Shown one piece after another: positions 57,655 to 64,000 of a DNA stretch of 64,000 nt. A program made the translations under genes and the position numbers. The notes below the pieces were generated by a model, which saw nothing but the letters and a program-made list of their open reading frames with translations, made no database searches and had not been told where the DNA came from. Each line of letters starts with the position of its first letter. Position 1 is the first letter of the stretch. Source of the stretch: a phage; the NCBI GenBank assembly GCA_012441205.1, contig GCA_012441205.1_4705.1; one strand, given 5' to 3'.

Positions 57655-59736
57655 ATGTTGGATAGAATCAATCGTTTAATGAACCGAATAGCGGTTAAAA
57701 ATCAGAGTAACAATACCGTGCATATCGGGGGTATCGATGCCTGGCGTCTTTCAGATGACATTCAGCGAATATGGGGTACCTCCCGATTTATGAAACACAT
57801 GTTTCGTAATTTCTCTTCCAGTGGTCTCAGTCTCCACAACTTTTACCTTCCCGATTTCGTTTATATTCTCGAAACGATCATCGAGGCAAAGAATACTCGC
57901 AGTAATAAACGCATGCTGAAACACCTTATTGAGGTACTGCTGCAGGAAACCTGGTTGCAAAATACCACAATCGAGCAACCTGCAATCCTCGATAAAGCAC
58001 GCATGAACAAAATGCTAACGCTCTCCCTGTTCGATTATCAAGATGAGTTTATCGACATCTATAACCGTAACGTACCTAAATATCGACTGAAAGGATACGT
58101 GTGTGCGATGGGTGCGGGTGCCGGTAAAACAATCACCGCGTTGGCTTTAAGCGCCGCAATGAACGTCGACGTATTTGTGGTCTGCTGTCCTAAGAACACC
58201 ATGCGTTCAGCATGGCAATCCGATGTAAACAAAGCCATCGTTGACCCCGCAACAGAAACCGCATTCTGGTCAGATACAATGCCACCGTCACAGCTGCAGA
58301 AAAGCGATAAGTATTATTTTCTGCATTACGAGTCGATGGGTTTATTAAACGATGTAATGATCAAGCATAAACGCACCGCGAAGCGCGTGTTGATCGTGGT
58401 TGATGAAAGCCATAACTTCAACGACAAGAACAGCCAACGTTCCCAACGACTGGTTGATCTCGTACAGACGATGCGTCAGACCATGAATGCGGATGTGCAT
58501 GTCTTGTTTATGTCGGGTACGCCCGTTAAACAGATGGGTTCTGAGATGATCCCCTGTTTAGGTTGTATTGACCCGATGTTCCAAGGACAGGTGGTCGATA
58601 GCTTCAAAGCAATTTACGGTTTAACCAGCAGCCGCGCTAACGATATCCTCAGACATCGTCTTGGGTTCATGATGCATGTTGTACCTAAAGAGGCTTATCG
58701 TAAAACCCGGCCGGAAGTTCAGGACGTTTACGTGAAGCTCCCTAACGGTAGCGATTATACCATCTCGAGTATCCGCGACGACATGGCGATATTCGTACGC
58801 GATCGGGCGAAGTATTACAAGGATAACTGGGGGCATTACAGAAAGATTTTTGATGACGCCTTGGACTACTATCGTAAGACTATTCGTACCGATGGTGAAC
58901 GTAAAGAGCTATCTCGATACGAATCGATTGTTGCTCGTTTCCAGAAAGGTTACGACCCCGTCAGAGACAAAGAAGATGCGATGTTCTGCAACGCGTTTGA
59001 AAAACGTTCTATTATGCCGGTTCTTCCTTCTGATTTAAGGGTTGCTTTCAAAGACGCCAAGAGCGTCATCAAGTACGTTGGGTTGAAAATTCAGGGTGAA
59101 GCGTTGGCGCGTGTTCTAGGTGCAGCCCGCATTCGGTGTCATGTCGACATGGTGGAGTACATCGACTTCGAAGGGTACATCAATAACGCTGAAGCCAAGG
59201 TGTTGATCTTCACGTCGTACGTTCAGGTGGTTGAGCGTGTCGACAACATGCTTCGCGATGCCGGTTTCTTACCGGAACCCATTTACGGGAAGACCAACAA
59301 GAACATCAACCAGATACTTGCTCGCTTACGCGATGATCCTGACAGCGGTCCCGCTATCGCAACATTTGATAGCTTAGCCGAAGGGGTTCCGATGTTGATG
59401 TGTAACGTGGGTCTCTTCTTGAACAACCCATGGCGTTCATCCGATGAAATCCAAGCCATCAGCCGTCTCGATCGTGTAGGGCAAACGCAACCTGTTCGGA
59501 TTTATCGTTTCATGTTAGATACAGGAAGCGAGGGTAACGTTTCTACACGTAGCCACGAAATCATGGAGTTAAGTCGACAGCTTGTTGAAGAAATCACAGG
59601 CGTCAAATACGTGGTGAACAAGCAAGATGCTGTTAACTTGCAGGAAACGTTGGCGATGGAAGGATACGATCAATACGTTACCGTAAACACCACGGAATAC
59701 GATATTAAACCACGACCTGCGTTCTTGGAATGGTGA
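57655..59736 (+). CDS. SF2 helicase (DESH-box, about 693 aa)
   Basis: Walker A GAGAGKT, Walker B VVDESH, motif III MSGTP, motif VI QAISRLDRVGQ; track ORF begins at GTG 57607 inside the hairpin, ATG 57655 preferred. Confidence 0.7.
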   Translation: MLDRINRLMNRIAVKNQSNNTVHIGGIDAWRLSDDIQRIWGTSRFMKHMFRNFSSSGLSLHNFYLPDFVYILETIIEAKNTRSNKRMLKHLIEVLLQETWLQNTTIEQPAILDKARMNKMLTLSLFDYQDEFIDIYNRNVPKYRLKGYVCAMGAGAGKTITALALSAAMNVDVFVVCCPKNTMRSAWQSDVNKAIVDPATETAFWSDTMPPSQLQKSDKYYFLHYESMGLLNDVMIKHKRTAKRVLIVVDESHNFNDKNSQRSQRLVDLVQTMRQTMNADVHVLFMSGTPVKQMGSEMIPCLGCIDPMFQGQVVDSFKAIYGLTSSRANDILRHRLGFMMHVVPKEAYRKTRPEVQDVYVKLPNGSDYTISSIRDDMAIFVRDRAKYYKDNWGHYRKIFDDALDYYRKTIRTDGERKELSRYESIVARFQKGYDPVRDKEDAMFCNAFEKRSIMPVLPSDLRVAFKDAKSVIKYVGLKIQGEALARVLGAARIRCHVDMVEYIDFEGYINNAEAKVLIFTSYVQVVERVDNMLRDAGFLPEPIYGKTNKNINQILARLRDDPDSGPAIATFDSLAEGVPMLMCNVGLFLNNPWRSSDEIQAISRLDRVGQTQPVRIYRFMLDTGSEGNVSTRSHEIMELSRQLVEEITGVKYVVNKQDAVNLQETLAMEGYDQYVTVNTTEYDIKPRPAFLEW

Positions 59737-59740
59737 TTAA

Positions 59741-59785
59741 GAAGCTCTGCCTGATGTCAGGCAGAGCTTTATGCTGTATTTGTTG
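59741..59785 (+). terminator. intrinsic terminator after the helicase gene
   Basis: 12-bp perfect palindrome AGCTCTGCCTGA/TCAGGCAGAGCT followed by TTATGCTGTATTTGTTG. Confidence 0.6.
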
Positions 59786-59836
59786 CAAGATCGTATGACG
59801 TATATGCGTCGTAATTATTAAAATAGGGCAAAATAC

Positions 59837-61291
59837 ATGAAACTCAAACAAAGCTGGAAAGACGAACTTCTCGCGTTAGTAAACAGCAAAAACAGTTTAC
59901 AACTGACATTAGACGATGTAAAATTTGAACTAACGGCACCGGTAAGCGAAGTGCCTGGAACGGTCGTTGTTACAATCAAACCGAACGATAATAGTCGCTA
60001 CTTTAACGAGCAGTCTCTGACCTACATCCGTCGAGACATCGCTAAAAACTTCACCGGGATCCCGTTACGGGTTATCGTTAAGCAAGATACCGCTGTAAGG
60101 GATATCATCAATACGATTGCTGAACGTTACGGATTGGTATTTGACACAGCCGTCGACTTCCTCGAATCCGAGCTGAATAAACAAATTACGTTCGCAGACA
60201 CCGGTATTAAAGACATTACGGTTCCGGTTGCAAACACGTCTTATGTTTGGGCGGGTAATCTTCAGTTCAATATTGCTAACGATACGTTAAGCTTGATTAC
60301 TATCATCAAGAAAACCGATCTTACGAATCTGGTTTATCTGGATGGTGTTGAAGCTGACACATCTGGTTCGTTACTATTAGCAACCGCAGCACTTGTTAAC
60401 GAACACGTAAATGAACCGATGGTTGAAAACGAAGATATCGTTAATGAATTTATTAACGTTCTTAATACTCTAGCCAAATATGGTGACATAACCGGCGATG
60501 AATTAGATGCCGCCTTACAAGCGTACGATGAAGCAGAAAACAGGAATAAAACCACGGTAATAACTCTTGGTGATATCCAGTGTGTTGCAACAGAAAAAGA
60601 CGATTGGGAAATTGGACGTTTACGCGGTCAGATGGTTCTCGCGCTCAAATCCGATAAATACCCGGAGCCCGATAACACGTTCAGGTTGTTTACGAATGGT
60701 GGTGACGTATCGCTAACGTTAAACACAATGAAAGATATAAGTATCGATTGGGGTGATGGGAATAAAGTAACGTTGGATGCTGAAGAAAGATACGCGCACC
60801 ACACATACGCCGACAATAACCAGTACCAAATCGAAATTGTGTCTCGTACGGACCCAGATGTGCTGCGACCAAATTATATTTCTGGGAGTGAGATAACCGA
60901 AGTAATTCACTGGGCTACTACTTCAACAATAGCTCTGAATTTTGTTGGATGCGATAATTTAGCGACTGTTCCAGATGAGATCCCAACTTCGTGGACAACG
61001 TTGGACAGCATGTTTGAAAGTTGTACGAATTTGAATGATCCGTCTATCTCTAACTGGAATACAAGTAACATCACATCAATGAATGGTATGTTCGGCGGAT
61101 GCACTAAATTTAACCAACCTTTAGCTGCCTGGGATGTCAGCTCAGTAACTGACATTGGTGGTATGTTTAACGGATGCAACAGTTTTAACCAAGATTTAAG
61201 TGGGTGGCGATTACCGTCAGGAGTAACCCACGACAATTACGATAGTGGTGCTTTCTCGTGGCAGACGGAACATAAACCGACGTTCCAGTAA
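59837..61291 (+). CDS. receptor-binding protein: N-terminal anchor domain, PKD-like motif and C-terminal BspA/DUF285-type repeats (484 aa)
   Basis: anchor domain aligns with 17249..19003 and others; ISIDWGDGNKVT...HHTYADNNQYQI; repeats NWNTSNITSMNGMFGGCTKFNQPLAAWDVSSVTDIGGMF. Confidence 0.7.
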   Translation: MKLKQSWKDELLALVNSKNSLQLTLDDVKFELTAPVSEVPGTVVVTIKPNDNSRYFNEQSLTYIRRDIAKNFTGIPLRVIVKQDTAVRDIINTIAERYGLVFDTAVDFLESELNKQITFADTGIKDITVPVANTSYVWAGNLQFNIANDTLSLITIIKKTDLTNLVYLDGVEADTSGSLLLATAALVNEHVNEPMVENEDIVNEFINVLNTLAKYGDITGDELDAALQAYDEAENRNKTTVITLGDIQCVATEKDDWEIGRLRGQMVLALKSDKYPEPDNTFRLFTNGGDVSLTLNTMKDISIDWGDGNKVTLDAEERYAHHTYADNNQYQIEIVSRTDPDVLRPNYISGSEITEVIHWATTSTIALNFVGCDNLATVPDEIPTSWTTLDSMFESCTNLNDPSISNWNTSNITSMNGMFGGCTKFNQPLAAWDVSSVTDIGGMFNGCNSFNQDLSGWRLPSGVTHDNYDSGAFSWQTEHKPTFQ

Positions 61292-61352
61292 AAAAAAAAA
61301 TAGTTAGCATATCTTCCTCCCTACCCATAACGGGCGGGGAGGAAGGTTTTAT
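61292..61352. terminator. bidirectional terminator between convergent genes
   Basis: A-run after the plus-gene stop, 9-bp stem CTTCCTCCC/GGGAGGAAG, then GTTTTA. Confidence 0.5.
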
Positions 61353-61363
61353 GGCGTTATGAC

Positions 61364-61702
61364 TTAGAACCAGAGTTCTTTCATGAAGTAGGCTTCCGTA
61401 TCGTAGATAAGCCACCCATCGGGGATTTCTAAAGGATCGTCTTCGGTTAAGGTGAGCATGTGCAGGGCGAACGCACGCTTAATATCTTCCAACAGCTTAT
61501 CATCACCGTAACCTTCGGGTAGTTTACGGTCAGCCAGCTGAGTTTGTTTATAGACATCGCGGAACGCTTCAGGATTATGTTTATCCATCGGGAATTGTTC
61601 AGCAGCCTGAACCATCGAAAGCGTCCAGCTTACAACATTGTAACGCTCACCGTTAATTTCACTGAACTGATCATCGATTAAACAGATTTGTTGTATATTC
61701 AT
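61364..61702 (-). CDS. hypothetical protein (112 aa)
   Basis: ORF. Confidence 0.5.
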   Translation of the reverse strand: MNIQQICLIDDQFSEINGERYNVVSWTLSMVQAAEQFPMDKHNPEAFRDVYKQTQLADRKLPEGYGDDKLLEDIKRAFALHMLTLTEDDPLEIPDGWLIYDTEAYFMKELWF

Positions 61703-62592
61703 TCATTTTCTCCATTCTTATCTTGGTCGCAATCACACTCTTCGACGTCTTTCTTACTTAAACGTAAGACACCGAGTGCGGCATGCTTGAGTTCTTGCAA
61801 CGCGCTTTTCAGCTGACCTTCTTCATCGAAATCAAAATACTTCTCGTTGTAGCTTAATGCTGGAATCATATTTACGAGAGGCTCGATGGCAGGCATCAAC
61901 ATTTCGATGACGACCTTAGGATCAACAAAGCGATCGAACCCTTCAGGAAGTTTGCTCGCTACAACCTTATCGTTCTTGATGAAGAATTTGTTCTTGAACA
62001 AATCGTCAAGAATAGCGTTCTCTTCATCCGTACGTTTTGCGTGGGGACGATCGATCATCTGAACGAAAACACCACTCAACGCTTCAGGCAAAGTCGGATT
62101 TTCACGAAGAGAAGTTCCAGCCGGAATTTCAATATCGATCTTTGCCCACTCAACAACCTGGTGATCTCGTGTGTAGATAACGTCTACTTCCCACGCCAGG
62201 CCGTCCGGACTTTCCACGGTGTAACGTGTTTTCGCTTGACCTTCCGGAGCCATACGCTCAATGGCATCAAACATCTCGACTGGAATTTCTACCTCGCTTT
62301 CCGTTGCATCACCTGGACCACGATACACCTTCGTGGTCATGATGTATTTCGGTTCTTCGTTATCGATCTGTATAGCTCGTGCTCGTACTTGACCTTTCAC
62401 ACCACCAACGGCCGTGTTATCAAACAACCATTGATGTTGCACCATATGTTCAATTTTTGATGCTACTTGACGAAGACGTTCAACACCATCCTCAGCCAGT
62501 TTGCCAAAGAAGACCAACTCACGTTCCTGCTGTGTCTCACCACTTAACATCATTAAATTGGCGATTTGTTTCACGCCTCTTACTTTTGACAT
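61699..62592 (-). CDS. hypothetical protein (297 aa)
   Basis: ORF with GGAG SD; ATGA overlap downstream. Confidence 0.55.
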   Translation of the reverse strand: MSKVRGVKQIANLMMLSGETQQERELVFFGKLAEDGVERLRQVASKIEHMVQHQWLFDNTAVGGVKGQVRARAIQIDNEEPKYIMTTKVYRGPGDATESEVEIPVEMFDAIERMAPEGQAKTRYTVESPDGLAWEVDVIYTRDHQVVEWAKIDIEIPAGTSLRENPTLPEALSGVFVQMIDRPHAKRTDEENAILDDLFKNKFFIKNDKVVASKLPEGFDRFVDPKVVIEMLMPAIEPLVNMIPALSYNEKYFDFDEEGQLKSALQELKHAALGVLRLSKKDVEECDCDQDKNGENE

Positions 62593-62607
62593 ACATGCTC
62601 CGGTTAT

Positions 62608-62629
62608 AAGGGCCTGCTTCGAGGCCCTT
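62608..62629. other. GC-rich hairpin in intergenic region
   Basis: AAGGGCCT-gcttcg-AGGCCCTT. Confidence 0.3.
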
Positions 62630-62660
62630 CATTGATTTTTGATTCCACCAAACGCTATCG

Positions 62661-63968
62661 TTACAATTCAAAATCTTCATCGATAACGCGCTGGGTAAGC
62701 ACTTTGTCGCTGAAGAACTCCACCTTGCGCTGATGGTATTTACGATGTGCTTCTATCGAAGTACATACCAGATACCAGAACGTTGGTGTCATTCCTTCAA
62801 ACTTCCCTTTCAGCTGACGTAGCCGTCCCAACACCTGAATGTTACCGGTTCGTGACCCCATCGCTAACGTCATGAACGTCATCACCAAGTCAGGAAGGTC
62901 GATGCCCGTACCTGCCGATTTCACGGTTGTAACGCTAATATCGTTATCCAACAAGACCATGAAATCTTCTTCAGCAGTATAAGGACCAATCTCTAACTCA
63001 GGAATACGTTCACTGAGATAATGCGACAACGACTTACACATATCGACGGTTGCACAATACACCAGCATCTTCATACCTTCCTGATACTGGTTCATGAAAC
63101 CTTTGATTATAACGGTATAGATGAAGTTAAAGTACGCGAGTTTGAGTTGCTTGTTCTTCATGATAGACTGTTCGAATATCGTGTGAGAATAAGAACCCCC
63201 AAAGCCTTTGTATCTGACTTTATCTGTACTGCGTAGTCGATACGTCACGGCATTTACCGCAATGTATTTCTTGTATTCGCATTTCGCATAACGTGCTTCT
63301 TTCGGATACATCAAATACAACATCCGCTCGATGAACGGATCGTCGGACACCGCCGTTGCTGACAGATAGATGATTTCCGGAATATTCGCGTAGCACTTCA
63401 CTTTGAACAAGAAATGCAAAGCTTCGTGACATTCGTCATGGATTAACAACCCAATGCCTGTTTTCTCCCAGAACTCGACTGGATGGAAAACATACGGTGC
63501 GACACAGTTGTTCTTTTCATAATCGGTTATGTATCTCTGAAACATGTTCAGTGAGAATAACGCAATTTTGAAATCCAGCTCACCTTGTTCCACCAACATC
63601 TGGAATTCCAGCATGCTGTAACGAGGAATGTCGGGATGCGGTGGGTCAGATTGGGCTGTACCGCGTATCTCGATAACATCACCTGGTTCCATACCGAAGA
63701 AACTTAGCAACGAGCTGCGCCATCCAGGCATGTATCTCGGTGACAGAATAATGCCCGTCCGTACACCACGTCGGAAAGTGATCTCCTGCGACATGGCTGT
63801 TTTACCACTGCCCGTGCCTGCGGTGTTTAGGCTCATTCTGAAGGGGGTATCCTTACCCCCGTCCATGTACTCCAACCATTCTTGCTGATCTTGACGCCAT
63901 GGAAACTTCCATTTCTTTACGAACTCCACTTCTTTACCTGGTACCGGATCGTGATAGACGATTTCCAA
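62661..63968 (-). CDS. SF2 helicase (DECH-box, 435 aa)
   Basis: Walker A AGTGSGKT, Walker B HDECH, motif III SAT, motif VI QVLGRLRQ. Confidence 0.7.
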   Translation of the reverse strand: MEIVYHDPVPGKEVEFVKKWKFPWRQDQQEWLEYMDGGKDTPFRMSLNTAGTGSGKTAMSQEITFRRGVRTGIILSPRYMPGWRSSLLSFFGMEPGDVIEIRGTAQSDPPHPDIPRYSMLEFQMLVEQGELDFKIALFSLNMFQRYITDYEKNNCVAPYVFHPVEFWEKTGIGLLIHDECHEALHFLFKVKCYANIPEIIYLSATAVSDDPFIERMLYLMYPKEARYAKCEYKKYIAVNAVTYRLRSTDKVRYKGFGGSYSHTIFEQSIMKNKQLKLAYFNFIYTVIIKGFMNQYQEGMKMLVYCATVDMCKSLSHYLSERIPELEIGPYTAEEDFMVLLDNDISVTTVKSAGTGIDLPDLVMTFMTLAMGSRTGNIQVLGRLRQLKGKFEGMTPTFWYLVCTSIEAHRKYHQRKVEFFSDKVLTQRVIDEDFEL

Positions 63969-64000
63969 CCACTCTTTTCGTATCCCTCGAGAAAAGATAA

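Noticed and set aside
61699-62592. Alternating E-x-E strands (SEVEIP, WEVDVI, KIDIEIP) suggesting a CYTH-like triphosphate tunnel enzyme
   Set aside because: No N-terminal ExExK signature or conserved Arg/Lys positions could be identified by eye; too speculative to call.

Overview
This 64 kb window reads as a gene-dense segment of a large virulent tailed dsDNA phage (Caudoviricetes, probably infecting an enterobacterium). About 90 protein-coding genes are tightly packed, mostly on the minus strand, often with ATGA-type stop/start overlaps; two islands are on the plus strand (4196..7263 and 57655..61291). I found no rRNA, tRNA, CRISPR array, integrase or transposase. Genes I recognise from motifs: thymidylate synthase, NAD-dependent DNA ligase, Dam-type adenine methyltransferase, two SF2 helicases, a DEDDh-type exonuclease domain, a calcineurin-like phosphoesterase, an HD phosphohydrolase, a GNAT acetyltransferase, a macro-domain protein and a SleB/CwlJ-type secreted cell-wall hydrolase. 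The most striking content is (i) a 15 kb receptor-binding-protein cluster (8296..23482) in which four proteins share a conserved N-terminal anchor domain with different distal domains, plus a fifth anchor-bearing protein on the plus strand at 59837..61291; (ii) a P2 gpH-like tail fibre split by a +1 frame change in a T7 homopolymer; (iii) a tandem array of six paralogous double-HTH proteins (33616..36345); and (iv) a conserved promoter-like motif and 5' leader shared by unrelated genes. All domain calls come from motif recognition by eye, with no database search. Start codons were refined by eye for some genes only; the ORF track allows GTG/TTG starts and several other starts remain unverified.
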